A stretch of 64,000 nucleotides of DNA, from positions 62,001 to 126,000 of the forward strand of contig DF237109.1 of NCBI GenBank assembly GCA_000708835.1. Reading direction: 5' to 3'. Origin of the DNA: Klebsormidium nitens. Lineage: Eukaryota > Plantae > Klebsormidiophyceae. The notes under the pieces were generated by a model. It did no database searches and was not told the DNA's origin. It saw nothing but the letters and a program-made list of their open reading frames with translations. Position numbers and translations under genes: made by a program. Shown here one piece after another: positions 1 to 14,200 of the stretch; within the stretch, counting starts at the first letter, position 1, and each line of letters starts with the position of its first letter.

Positions 1-2289
1 GGAGCTTCCACCACTTAGAGATTGCTGGTGAGTCTGGTTCCATCGTCTTGCAATTGAGCTGCCGTTGTTGGGACTACTGCAATATAAAGATATGAAACTG
101 GCTTTGAAAGCATAAAGTTGAGCTGGTAGGATGTAAGGAGGGCGTTGCATAGCTGGCTTTTAAAAGGCAGTGTTGGACGACATTGTGACGTCGTCGTCAA
201 TATCCACCACTTCGAAGTTAATGTTCTCCTATCTTGGCATTGCAGGTGGCGGTCGGATGGCTGGCAAGGTGGGAGCTTGTTCTGATCATCTGCGCCTTGT
301 GGCGCAAGGAAGGTTGGCAATATTTATACAAAGCTAGGGGCTCGCTGAGCTTTGGTCTAGCTGCTTTGAAAGCGTTCAGGACGGCTGATTGAAGGCTAGA
401 AGCAGGACTGAACGTGAAGCGGAGTGCTCCAAATGCATTATTGATAACATTGCATCTCTGATGGTTTTTTCCTTCTCTAAAGCCCTTCGTCAAATGGGCA
501 CCCACTTGAAACGACTGTAAATCTTCGTATGAAGTCTGCGTTTTGGCAACAAAACTAGCAAAGTGTAGCAAGGCTATGCTGTTGTGATGGGTGCATGCCA
601 GCGGCAAATACGGATGCAGCAAATTGACATCCGGGATGATTCAGTGCGCATGCGAACGAGCTTGCAATGCAACGGGCTGCCCTCGACTTCATCAATAAGA
701 CGGCAAGAGCCACATTACTCCATGGCATGCCTGGCATTTCGTGATGTGCCGTCCTAAGTCCCGCTTAAACAATCTACTTACAACCTGCTTTCAATATTGC
801 ATCATACTGGCACGATGTATGCGGTAGAAATCACCCAGTAAATTTTGTAGGCTATACAATACAGATATGCCGCTCACGAATCTTGGTTCCATTATCCATA
901 TATACCTATTAGCATTGCTCCGACAGGATACCGTCATTATTAGCTCTTTCTAGCTAATGATGTGCTTTAAAGCCGTGAAGCTCTAGAAAGGTGCCAGGCA
1001 TAATAATGTACTGCTCTCATGCAGGATTAAATATAGTATTAGTAACTCAAGTCTTGTATACGACAGTATGCTAGAAGGACGACTTGAATTGCATGATGCT
1101 GGTCAGCTCCATAGAACAATTCAAGTGCATTGAAGCCTCACTGCATGAGGCTTCGCTTGTACTGAGACCGTAACAGAGTCCCCAGCCTCAGGTAAATCAC
1201 CGGGGCGTCAGTCGAATGGTCCATGGGCCTGGCGGCCCCCATGGCCGACGTCAGGACGCTGCCCGGTAGGTAGAAATATAATCGGGGCGCGTCGGCCAGT
1301 GCTGGGCCCTGGCATGCTCCCGGTACTGCTACAGTACACCGTACGGTAGTGTTAAAATGTTGCACATTTTGTAGCAGCGTACAGGTGCTCGAAAAGTCGA
1401 CGAATATGCGTCAATATTGCGGCAAGACTGCACCACGCACATTTTATTTTGGCGGAAACTTGGACGGCACTTGGCGCATTATTGATTCCGATTTCGTACG
1501 CGGAGCGCGCCAATTTTCCGCGTAGACTGCCGGAATATTGCCCCAAGACAAATTGCACCATAGCTGTCCCGTGCATGACGTACATGCTCATGCACTGAAT
1601 AACTAATCAGCTTGCAAGATCAGATTCATCATGCCGTACGGTACCGGTGACTGAAGTATTTCGACGCTGTTTCATACTTGCCGCCACGCACGGTGGGTTT
1701 CGAAAGATCATCTGTCCTTTCAGGATGCATATAACCCGTCCATATGTAAACGTACATATGTATTGTACGCCGTTTATGGGGATCGTTGTTCACCGTGATC
1801 ATCTATGAATATCACACTAAATAAATTCATAATGTGATCAACGAGGCACTGCATTCTCCGGTCAGTGCCGCCGCACTTTTGAAGACGTATTTCCCATCAG
1901 CTTCAGATCGACTCAAAGTTTGAACGCAGAATTTTCATCACCTCCACGATTGCCTTCAAATTTTGCAACTCAGCAATCGAGGCCGCGCAATGGCCACTTG
2001 GAACGGGTAACTGTAAACTAGGGAGATTTCGTTGGAGGTGATCAAAAGAGGCAGTGTTTATGAACATCCCATGCAGCTTGCACGGGCCCTGTATGTGTCA
2101 TCCAACGTCTGGCCGGCCCAACAAGCTACCGTGATCTCGTGTCTCCGAAACACGCCAAAGGAAGTCCGGCAGAGACGCAAGCTCTTCCGGCTTGGTCCAA
2201 CCTGTCGGAGTGCAACCACCCGGGGTTTACTGAAAAATCGCCATTGTGTAATACGCCAGCTGTCGTTATCTCACATATGGCTACTTCAT

Positions 2290-5200
2290 TCAGAAGCGCC
2301 GACTACTGCTGCCGATCCCGTTCACAGATTCAGGGGACGAAGGCGTCTGTTTGTGGAAGCTCCCGTCGGCTCTCCCGCCGAGGACGATCTTTCGCAGCTC
2401 GTTTGCAACTTCTTCAGCGGTCACTTTGGGCGGATTTGTAAAACCGACGAACTCAAACTGCGCGCAGAACCGCAACGGTCAGCTGTGGGGCCACCTCTAC
2501 TCTGTGGTACGCCTTTGCGGAGCATGGTAGTAGGGATGAGAGCAGTCAGATGCGTTATCAAATTCGAAGATTGCGAAAGTAATGGCGAGTAGCATACGAT
2601 GTCACTTGTCGCAACGTTGAAAACGTTCTTAACCCTCTGTCAATCAATCATTTTGGAGTCTACTGAAGTCGACAAAAGCGCATCATTGGTGGTGCCATAT
2701 AGGATTTCTGTTTCTCTTGCGGGAGCGTAAGCGACGGCAACTGTGGAAAGGTACAAGACAGGTGCTGTGTGGGCGCACCGTTTCGCCTGTTTTGAGCTCG
2801 AGGAACACCCGGCTCTCGCGCATGCCGTGCTTCTTGAACTGGATGTCCTTGATCGAGTCGTGCACGAACTGCAGGTTCTGCGCAATCAGAAAGATGCAGG
2901 TTCAGAATCTTCGACAAGTCGCCGTGCTCCAAAAGTTTCCCTTGTCGAAGTACCAATTTGGTTTCTTCAAAAGCGCGCTCAGATCATACAATTCATTTGA
3001 AGGTATGCCAACAATAACGATGCCTTCAATACACGCCCAAGAGTGGCACCGTCTAAGCGGAGAATGCAGCGACCTTGGAAAAAATGCTTCTACGTTTACC
3101 AGAGGATTCGACGAACTCCATCTCAGGCCTCAAAAAGAAGACCGTCGTTACGCAGTCTCCTTTGCCCGAGTTCTGGCGCTTTTGCAAATCTGTTGTGAAG
3201 AATTCACAGCTCACCTTCTCAGGGTTCTCCGGGCGGTCAAAGATGAGTAGCGTCGGTGTCGCTACCAGCGTTCCGGCCCGGTTGTGCACCATGCCGTGCT
3301 TGGAGCAGCTGTACCCTGGCGGATCAACGGAATGAGAGGGTTCAGCGGAAAGCGTGGTCTAAGCGGAAGCGCAGCGAGTGACAGAGTTACGGAGCGGGAA
3401 GCATTCTGCATATGTCATGAGCCGTTGAATGCTGAAAAGGTACGTGTCTAGCGTCGAGAGTAAGCGTGAGAAGAGGGCTCTCGAGGAGCTGCAGTTCAGA
3501 CAAGTCCGAAAAACCTAACGCTTCGGTTTCTTCAAAATACTTCCAAAGCCATCAGACGGTCGGGGTGAGTTCTTAAAATAATACTGATGGATCCATAAGC
3601 CACAGCAAATGGAAGTCCGGAAAGGAGGATGTATATTCTGAATGGGCAAGTCGACGTTGGAAGGACTGGGCAGAAATGTTGTCAAACGGGAAGAACCTTA
3701 CGAAGATCGAACCTTAGGATTCAAAAGCCATGACAAGCGCAAGAATAAAGCTCACTTTTAAGGACGACCTCCCGGGCCGTTTTGGTGCGCGGCACGAAGG
3801 CCCCATCGGCGGTGACTCCCCGCTCAGCCAGGTACCCCTCGAGGTGCGCCACGGTCCCTTTGACTTGCTGGAAAATGGTGGCCAGGACAATGCCCCGGTC
3901 GGCGAACTTGCTGAACTGGACGGGCTTGCGGTTGGCGCCGTAAAAGCACAAGTGGTTGCTGCGAAGTCAGAAGGGCGGGGTTTGAGAAGTATAGCTGACT
4001 GGGCATAAATCAACTGTGGTGATTGAAGCGTATGATTGGCGAGACATTGCAGACGGAAGCATCGAGCGGCTTAGCTGGCTGCGACGGAATCTGCCGTTAG
4101 AAAACAATATGACGAGCAGAGAAGGTATTCAAAGGCAGGCGAGCCAAAGCCTTCTCCGATGGAGGGTCGGCGGGCATTACCGGACCTTTGAGCTGATCCC
4201 TAACTGCGTAGATGTATCTACGTCCTACCCCTTTCGAACGGCATCATTCTCCATAGTGCTACATGACCAGGAGTTGAGACAGGGCGCCAACGCATCCGTT
4301 GAACTATTTTGTTTCTTTAATTATTTGGCTTTCCGAGAAGCTCACCTGCCCACGTTGTCTAGCCGCACAATTTTCTCGTACGCGAGCGCGACGCTGAGCC
4401 GCGCCTCGTGCGCTTTCCGCGAGTCGGGCAGCGTAGGCGCCCAGCACACGTGCTGCTTCGTTACGTACAGCGTGCCCGCCAGCTTCTTCGCGTTCCTGGG
4501 AAAACAAAAAGCTGATCACGTCAGCAAGGAAAGCGACAACGAACGCTGACGTCGAAAAATAAAGGAAGAATTGTTGTTTCGTCACACACAGCATGCAGCC
4601 AGCTTCTTCGCGGTCCTGCAGAAAGCAGAACCCGCTGACGTCAGCAAGACAAAAGGGGGCCAAATCCGGGCAGTGAGCAGGGCCGACGTCAAGCAGGTGG
4701 AGAGGAGTCAGGACAGTTGAGCGTACAGCTTCCTCGCCGTCTGGGTTCAGAAAAGCGGACGCCATCAAAGCCAGTACAGAGAAGCGTTGACAATAGCCAA
4801 GCGAAGCGGGAGTGATGCCTGTTATGCTTGGCATTTGCTTCACGTCTGGAGGAACGCCGCATCCCTCCTGAAGCAAAGACAACATAACGGCTGAGTTCGG
4901 AGTACCGAGCACGCTTGCTGATTTATAATCCCCTAAATTGTTTCCACGAAAGAAAGGCCGCTGAGGTCGACGACATGAAGGTACGTTCCGTCCCCTTTTG
5001 GCAACCAACTACGTACACTCACAGAGCCATGCAATCTCTTCGAAATCTCGGACAATCCCAAATCATTCTCCAAAAGCGCCACTTAATGCTTCCTTGTCAT
5101 GTCGCCCTTGAACACCCATTTGTCACCTCACCTGCAGGGAAACGCGGCGACCATCTTGTCTTCTCTGGGCAGCCCAAAGCGCGCTTGCACCATGATATCT

Positions 5201-8200
5201 TTGGTCAGGTCCTCCTGTTTCTCCAGCAGGTCTTCCGCGATCTCGTCGTCCTTCCGTTGCCGGAGCAGGCAGATGATATCCGGCAGCTTGAGTTCCGCTT
5301 CTGTTCCGCCGGATTCCGCTCGTTCCAACTCGGCTTCGTCCTCTCGGCCCACCCAAGAGGCGGCGCTAGCCGTGCTGGACTGCCGCTGAAGATCCGGGGC
5401 ACGGGACTCCTGCAGAATGATGACGTCCTTGTGACGTAAGTCTCGGTCGTGTGGGGATGTAGGTTTCGCGTTGACAGAGGGGTGAAAACGCAATTCCCCA
5501 TTTCACAGCCACTTGTGCTGCTTGATTGACTCCATGTTAGAAAAGCTACGTAACCGACAAGATTCAGACGGAGTAGTTGGTAATGAGGAATGCGAAGCCG
5601 GTTAAAATCCTACTTTCAGTTGACGCAAACGCCTAGGCTTTCCAAACATCAGAAGATACTTCGTGGACGGGCTCTTGCCTTTGCAGGGGTCTCCGGCGCT
5701 TCCCCCCAGTCGCTGCTCCGACGTCTCCGGTCGCTTTTTCCCGCCACGCTCGTTCCGTGCTCGCTGTTGAACCGGTCCCAAGCCCGCCAGTACTCGGCGC
5801 ATACTTCGTGCGTGGGCGCGCGCCACAACTGCGGGGCGACACGTGGCGTGTTGTTTGACCCTGGCAATGAGATCAATGCTTCTGAACTCAAAGGTGGCTT
5901 CCAGGGTGGAAGACAAGGATGTGTTTCACGGTGCCAGTCTCGTTGAAAATGTTTAGTTCAAACCGTACTTGGGATTCTCTTCCACGTCATGCAAGCGTTG
6001 CAGGTTCCTGAACACAAAAACAGGTCATGAATACGGACCTGCAACACTTCGGAGTGTCCTTTGGAACCGAACCCATTACGAGCTGATGCTCAGGAACGTT
6101 GTTGAGAAGATTTGGAAACAGGTCCAGACCAACTGCCCACCTCAAGGATTTTGTTTAGCCGCGCCGCGGCCTTCTCCATCTTGCTCTTCTTGAGCCCGCT
6201 CCCGCCGCCGTTGAAGTAGTCGTACAGCACCTGCAGGGCTTCCCGCATGTTGGTGTAGTCAGCCATCGTCATCGGCTCGGGATCCTGCATCCAAATCAAG
6301 ACAAGGTGGTTAGCCCTCGGATTTGCTCCGACAAGTTGAATTGAAATTCACTCCTTCAGTTGCGATGAGTCTGGGCGACGATGCCGACATCTGTGTATTT
6401 GTACTTCGCACTTCCATCAGAGAGTTTACCAGTCGGACTCTGAGTTGTCGTCATAGCTTGTCTGTGTAAAGAGGAGACACGACTACCCGACCTGCTCAAT
6501 AGGAGACAGGAAAAACTTGCAAAATCTACAAGCCAGTAAGACGACAAGGGCCGTAAGACTTGGAACTCATTTCCGGCTTCTGAACGGACAACATCGGAAG
6601 AGGGAGGGGTCAGTAAGCAGGAGCGATTAAAGTTAGGTGCGGTTTTGCTGACCTCATCCTTGTTGAGCGCAAACTCCTCCATGCAGAAGAGCAGGCCCAT
6701 CCAGATCTCTTTCAGGACCCGCCGGAACACGCGCGCGCTGAGGTAGTCGTTCATCATCTGGGAGGTAGTACAAGAAGCAGATTCAGGAGAAGCGCTGTCA
6801 CAATCCTCGGCGCAGGTAAGAGGAAAAGTATTCTGGAAGTATGGGCATTTTCAAGCGTCTCGTTTTCGGTTATCAGGCGACGTCGTCTCCAATACAGACC
6901 GACATAGTAAGGAGATATCAGCAGAACTTTATCGTAGAAAGCCACGGAACAGGAGGTAATTAGGTATGAAATGCTAGTACATCCTCCTGATGGGCAACGC
7001 AAAAGCACATTGACCTTCAAAGGCAGAATTGACACTTACCTTCAGGTGCTGATCCAGGTATGACGTCAGAGGTGCGAGTCTCTCCTCAATGGTGGCGGGC
7101 GCCTCATGGGCCTTGTCCTTGGACGGCGACTCGAAGAGGTACTGTACCTCGCTCTGCATACGGCTCTGCAACCAAGTCCGATTCGATTCAGGGAACATCA
7201 GCGAGAAAGGATGGGACGAGTGTGAATGAAAGCAGGGAGTTAGGCTGGGTACAGGTGCGGGCGCGGAGCGCATTAACCTGTGCTTTAGTAGTTTCGATTT
7301 CTTGGTGTCCTATCCCTTTACTGGCAATGTCTGTTTGAACTGAAAACTACTGAAAGACTGAAGCGGAAAGAGGCGCTTCAAGCAGAACATCAAGAATTCC
7401 TCAGGTTGATTCTGAGAGGATCAAAGATATATTCTTTCAGCGAACCTGCTCGAGCGCGCGAAGATCTTGGCTTCAAAGACGCGCATCGAATCCCGAGAAA
7501 AGGGGACGTTCTTGAATGCTTTAAGCGCGGTTGCCTGTTGGCGTATTGCTCTGCCCTTCACCACATCGAGTAGACAAAGTCTCTGCTTTACGGATCTTTA
7601 GGAAAGGAAGAGACTTTAAGGATCTCTAGGAAAGGCTGGTCAGAAGGAAGGTGCGTCCTATGGGACGAAGGATTTCTGAAGCAGAACAAACCACGAGCTT
7701 TTCAAAGCTTGAAACAGGCTCCAGCATCAGCACGGCTGGCTATATTTTTGCAACTTTAACATCACACAAACAAGGTGATTTTGCTGATATACACCAACCC
7801 CTTCAAATCGACAGCGCAGCCTCTCACCTGTATGTTTTCAACGATAGACCCCACCACGTCCTCGTACGTCTGACTGAGGTAGTCTTTGAGCGCCTCAAAC
7901 CCTTTCCCGACCGGATCCTCTTCCTTCCCCTCGTTCAACACCGCCCACATCCTGGGCATGAACGCCCCTCCCGACTCCCTCTTCCCCCGCTCTAGTTCCT
8001 CTGGCCGCTCCTCGTCGATCGACTGCCGCGCGCTGGACGCCCGGCTCGTGTTCGACGACCGGTTTAGGACCGACTCGTCGAGGGAGGGGCGGCCGCTGGA
8101 GGGGTCGGATTTAGAAACGGATTCCAGTTCTTCGTCCGGGAACCCTAATTCATCATCGTCTTCGTCTGTTCCTTCTTCCATGCTGACCCGCTTCGCCATC

Positions 8201-11200
8201 TCGCCCTGGCTCTCCCGCTTGTTCGTGTTCGTGGGCGCTCCGTTCGGTTCCGCTGTTCCGCTGGGGTTGGAAAGCGGGACCCCGGAAGTCCGGCGCGAGG
8301 GGCCAGACTCGACGGCCGCCTTTTGGCGGTGCAGGGTGTACGCTTCGGTCCACTTTTTCTCCAGGTTGTGCTCCAGCTGCTGCTGCTGGGTACGTACCGC
8401 GCTTAGGTTGTTCAGCTGCAATTGACCAGGCCCGCGAGATGAGGCGACACTTTCAGAATTTAATTTCTCGCGGGCAAGTTAGGTGCTATAAAATTGAAAG
8501 TGCAACACCAATAATTACCGTCTGCAGTATGAGTGCGTGCATGTAAGAGGGCAAAGTAATCAAGAGATTCAGGTGACAAAATGATTTCCGAGAATGTGAG
8601 TCCGGAGAAACACCCTGGAAGGAAGTAGGCTCAACGACTTGAAGCAGGATTCAGTCCTGCTCAAGGTGTTCCCAAACACAATCTTTGAGACATTGCCTTC
8701 TCACTCGTTACCAACGTCTTGCAGTGAACCACCAAAAGAAAATGATCTGAAGAACTGTGAGAGCCAATAGTTGAGGCCCCGTAGAGACGCGACGCGCACC
8801 TTGACGCAGAGGCTTTTGGTGATGGAGAGCTGCGGCGGGGCCTCCTTCCGGCGCATGAGCTTTGTGAGGATGCCCTTTTCCTCCTCGCTCGGCAACGAAA
8901 CCGGCAGCTCCTCCAAACACAGCTTCTCGAGCACCTGCAAACATTGATTCTAAGCTCAACAAACCGAGTCGCCAACACTGCGGACCTGATTTGGTTCTTG
9001 AATCCATGCTCATTGACAATTCTGAGTCGCCAAATGGTTTCAACCAGAGGTTGTTTTTGGATCTGCGGTCGAAAACAACCGCCGAATATGTTGGAACCGA
9101 TTTTTTCTTGAGTCTATGCTCGACAACGTTTGCGATTTGCCAAATGATTCGGAACGAATAATTTCCTCTTGGAACATCTACGAGCGGGAAAAGCCTTCGA
9201 CCATCTGAATGGAAAAGCCTTCGACCATCTGAATGGAAAAGCCTGCTCTCATCATCCGATGCGACGCGGAGGACTCGCTTGGTACAAGTGACAATGTACT
9301 ACAACTGTATTTCAGCACATCCAGACGCAATCTTGGCTCAAATCAGACAGGAGGTAGCAGCGTTCGGACCGCTGCGCTCATGATACTTTTGAATCAGCAC
9401 ACATTCAATCCGTCATCAAAAGCAAGTGCTGTTTACCTGCGCGTAGGTCTGGATGGCGGCGCAGACCCCGGCCTCGGCGGCCGCCATGTAGTCGCGGCCG
9501 AAGGCCAGCTGCAGCACGCGGTTGTGCATCTCGTCCGTCACCTCGTACACCAGCATGTACAGCTCTGGGACAAAAGGAGAAGCATCAGAATTCAAGGTTT
9601 AAGATTCAGCGTTCGGGTTTGAATCATAGGCTTTCAGTTTCTTATTTTGTGCAAGACATCTCGCCTTAATGACGTCCTCCGATATTTGATAGCACTGTTG
9701 TTGCAACGGTGGAACCGCACTCTGTTTCTTCTTTCCAAAAAGGGACTATGACGAAAAGGTGAAGTGGTCGAACTCTTGCTTTACTCTGGGCGCAGATGCG
9801 CAACCAAAAAGCTCACTCCAGCTTATTGTAATAAGAAAGGTCGGAGGCTTGCGCCTCTACTACGATCTTACAGCTTATCACACTCGCCGATAGTCTAATC
9901 ATAACGCAAGCAGAACTCAACAGATGATTGGCTCAGCCACCCGAAACAGAATGTCGTCAGCCGTTTTCGACAATCTCGCAAGTTTCTCAATGTTGAGATT
10001 CGACCTTAGCAGGTACGAAGAAGCTAAAGTGGGATATTGGCTTCAATCGTTCCACTCCTCGGAAACGAAGCCACTCCTCCGCCGCTCCACCGAGTGTGTC
10101 TCCCGTAGCCCGTATTTCTCGTTCATGAAGCACTCCACACACCGGACTCCAAAATGAAACTCAGATGGTTCAAATACTTGTGAGTATTCCTCACCGATGA
10201 TGGAGAAGCTGAAGAGCGCGCTCTTGGCCGCGGAGACGGGCTCCCACTTCTCGGTGCACACAACGGAGCTGATCCAGTCCATCATGCGCGGCCGCGTCTC
10301 GGCCATCCACGCGACGATGTGCTCGTGCAACAGCGACTGCACGTCCAGCCGCGGCTGCCGCACGCCCAGGCCGTCCAGCACCGCGTGCAGGTCCTGGAAG
10401 GCGACCACCAGGTCCTGGAATAGAGGGGAGTGGTCGCCCAAGTTTGAGATTGAGGAAAGAGAATCAGATTCTGATTCCGTTCTCCGGAAAGGAAGGCGGG
10501 GAACTTGGTGTTCAGCCGGGGCTGCCGCACGCCCAGGCCGTCCAGCACCGCGTGCACCTCCTGGAAGGCGATCAGCAGGCCCTGGAACAGGGAAGAGAGG
10601 TCGCCTAAATCAAGGTTTAAACGAAGGGGACTGCATTCTAAGGGAAGGCCGGGACTGCACGTCCAGCCGCGGCTGCCGCACGAAGGGCCGTTCGGCAGGA
10701 AGTGCAGCTCTTGGATGGGGACCACCACCTGGAACAGCGAAGAAACGTAGCCGGAGCAATTGAAACTGGGTTTGGTTGTCAGGCTGGTGGATGAAGAATG
10801 CTCAGGAGGACGTAAAAGGAACCGAACAACGCGAACCCGTCACGAGCTTTTACTAGTCTTGACTGCAACGCATAGAAAGCTCCCAACCTTCGACCTAGAA
10901 AAAGCACTGCACGCACCGCGGTCTCCACGTCATGACACTTCACAAGCGCGAGCAGCCAATATTCCATCACCTTCCAGGCCCGCCCGCACTTCCTACTCTC
11001 TCCGTATCTCACTCCATCGCATAGCCGTTCGGCCAAGCTCTTTCTCCTCCTTCGAAGGAAGTGCTCCGTCTCCCAACCTGTGCAACTACCGCCTGACGCA
11101 CCCGTGGAGTGTTTCCGAGCGCTCCGCAAACTATGTACGACCTACCTTATGCTCCCGGGTGAAAGTTTTCCCGGGCGCCGCCTCGACGTACTTCTTCACC

Positions 11201-14200
11201 GCGGTCGACAGCGCCTTGTAGTACACGTGCGCGGCTGTCGGCACCAGGTCCACCTCTTCCGGGAAAGACGGCGCGAAATGCGCGTCCAGGTTCGCGATAT
11301 CCGCTTGCACGGCCGCGGCCGCGCGTGCGAGCGACGCTGGGTCGAGGACCACCGCGCTGGCGGGCGCGGGGCCGTCGGAGGCGAAGAGGTGCGCCTTGAA
11401 CCGGTCCTCGCAGCACTTCTGCGGAATGACGGAACGACGGAACAGAAAGCTGAGCGCCGCGCGGGATATTTGATCGGAGCGACGCGCCTTTGTCAAAATC
11501 GAGCAGCAGAATGGACAAAGAATCGAAGCAGTATCGAAGCAGTATCGAAACGACAATCTACCGCTCTCTTTTAGGCACTCGTTTTCCGATACTTTCTTTT
11601 TCCAAGTCTGCAACAATCACGGACTTGCGAAGAACGAAAGAAGCACACGCCTTCGCACGCTTAAAATGTTGGGAGAACAAGCAACTTGGAAAGATTCGAC
11701 AGCGAACTTAAGCCATCAACTTGACTCTCATTCCATTCAAATCTCTGCGGGCCTCTCCTCCGCTTTTATTACTGGAGTTCTATAATTGCTTTCCTTCTCC
11801 TAATCTGAATCGACGTTGTGCTTCTTAATCGAATGACGGTGCTTGAACGCGTCCCAAAACCTTCAGGTTCTACATCCCAAAACTTGCAAGCTCTGATCAA
11901 CAGACGCTCTGGCGTACCTCGACCCAGCTCCTGACGGGGATGGCAATCTTCTTGACGTCCAGCTCCCACTTGAGCAGCAGGCTCAGCAGCTGCAGCACCA
12001 GCTCCAGCGCCGCCGGCGGTTCATTTCGGGGGAACGCCGTCTGGAATGACGTCACCGTGCTCGTGGCGGGCTCCATCAGAACTGCAGATGGGGTGTGCCG
12101 GAACTCTCGTTATACGTGAAACTGACACCTCTGATTTAGTGTGCGCCACTTCTGCTGTCTGACCAATTTGCTCTGTAAGCAATGATGCCGTTTGATAGCT
12201 TACAACGGAGCGGTGATTCGAACCCGTCGTATTGCGCGGCAGGCTTCGAGCAGATGCATGATTGAGGAGAAGATTGCCTGACAACGTTTAAAAAACCACT
12301 CTTCAAACTGTCAGAAATGCGGGCCACGGTTTGACCCCGAAATCTCAACCAGATGCCGGTTGAGGGCCTCTCCAGTGTGCCAAAGAAAGTCGTTCATAAA
12401 CGAGGAGCCAACCCCTTAGCAACAATCTTCTGGATACGCGATCTACCGTCTGTTCTTTGCTTGCGGTTCACACATCCGTGCCGCACACAATACTGCAAAG
12501 ATGTCCACCTGTTTCCTCTTGAGGCCTTTCGAGCTTTGAAGCGATTGATGAGGGATTGCCTACCCGCGATGGCCTCCCCGTGCAGGTCCATCTCGCGCTT
12601 CGTCAGCAGCCCCTTTTGCGCGAGGTAGCTGACGTCTGTCAGCTGCGCGACCGTCGCGCGCAGGTAGGGCGGGCCCGTCTGGTACCTGTGCGCGAGCTCG
12701 CCCAGCATCGCAAGCGAGCAGCGCGCGCCGCGGATGTGGAAGTGGGACTCGAAGAGGTGCAGGATCTCGGACCAGTGTTGGTTCAAGGAGAAGGACTCGC
12801 CTGCGGGCGGGGACGAGATCTGGGCGTCAGTTGACAGTTCTTTGAGCCAACCGAAGGTCTGTTGTATAGTCTGGTACCAAGAGAATATTTGCTAGTCCCT
12901 TTGGATATCAGTGTTCTCCTCCAGGTTTTTGAGGACTGGAATGGAAAAGCCTAGGATCTGCACGACTTATCTTGAAGAACTTCTGTGCACAATTTCTCCT
13001 CCAGGTTTCTGAGGTCTGGAATAAAAAAGCCTAGAATCTGCACGACTTTTCTTGAAGAACTTCTGTGCGCAATTTCAACACGGAAAGAGGCACACTCAAA
13101 AGTTTAGCGGACGCCGCGCATTGTCATGCCTTTCGTTGAACAGCCCGCTCAATGCAGATTCCGGTATCTTCTTTCAAAGAGAAAGAGGATTTTCCTGAAA
13201 CTTCTCGAAGGACTCTTGTATACAATCCCAATCGTAGAGACGTGCACGTCAAGGCTTAGCAAACGTGACACATTGATTTTTGAGAGACCCGCTCCATCAA
13301 ACTTCCGTACCCTTTTTGAAAAATGCTCACCAACTGTATCTTCGTTCTCTTTCCACGCCACTGCCAGCAGGGCATCGTACGCCTTCTCGACGTCAGCCAC
13401 CGGTATCCTTGCCGCATCCCGCCCGTCGGCGTTCTTGCGGCGGTGGTGCGTTGCAGTGCAGACGACCTTCAGCTGGACCTGGCTCTTCATGGGGCGGCCT
13501 TTCCAGTCGCGGAGGGCGACCATCTTAGAGGGGACCGTGACTAGAGTGGCGCCTTTCGGGGAGCCGGAGGCAAGCAGGTCCTGGAAGGTGAGGGATCCCT
13601 CGCCGATGAAGTCGTCCGTCACCTGGGCCGACTGGGAAAGAGGGCGAAGAGCAAGTTTAGGATACTTTCACGGCATTTTCGGGCGAAATTCTCGAAAGGC
13701 TAAGCGAACCGCAAGTGGAGTGCTGATTGCAGCCTAGTCGCCGATGCAACATTGTTCACAATGCAGACCTTCCAAGACACTGTTCAAATCAAGAAGACTC
13801 TCCCTCTTGCCTTCCTATATTGCCCAAGCTGGCTACCCTGCTTTGACGAGCCCTCTTTCAAAGAGAAAAAGTACAGGACACGGGTAACCAAAACGAAGCC
13901 ATCCGTTTCTGAGGATCTACGATTGCTCACACCCACTGAGACGTTTATATTTTACAAAGAGCCTTCCTTGACGTTCCTGCGTCCAGATTGGTACCCTCAC
14001 CTCTGGCCTCGTTGACTTGCGAATCTTTCTCGATGCTAGCTTTCCAGCCGCATTGACTGCTGTGGCCGGTAAAGTGGCCACCCGGTTCATGGTTCCCATG
14101 ATGCTCATCGCCCCATGCTGCGGATCTAGGTCGTCCGAGTCCCAAACCTCGACCAGAACCTCGTCCTTAAGGCTAGCCGCGTGAAAGACCGGCAGCTTTT

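Noticed and set aside
1-744. Possible 3' exons of a + strand gene (donor at 27, a 23-nt candidate exon near 246-268, and a protein-like tail AHANELAMQRAALDFINKTARATLLHGMPGIS*), plus - strand ORFs 15-320 and 218-622
   Set aside because: I could not join these into one phase-consistent model or recognise a family; too little of the gene is in the window.
1132-1154. 9-bp stem hairpin gaagcctca-ctgca-tgaggcttc, considered as a Helitron 3' end
   Set aside because: The following CTGA is not followed by the expected T, and no 5' TC end or second copy is identifiable.
4304-5008. 234-aa - strand ORF
   Set aside because: Intron read-through overlapping the duplicated acceptor and an off-frame part of the GRAM exon; not an independent gene.
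12195-12230. GGGTTCGAATC (- strand), a tRNA T-loop/B-box-like motif in an intron
   Set aside because: The T-stem pairs poorly and there is no A-box, D-arm, anticodon arm or acceptor stem, so no tRNA or SINE can be supported.
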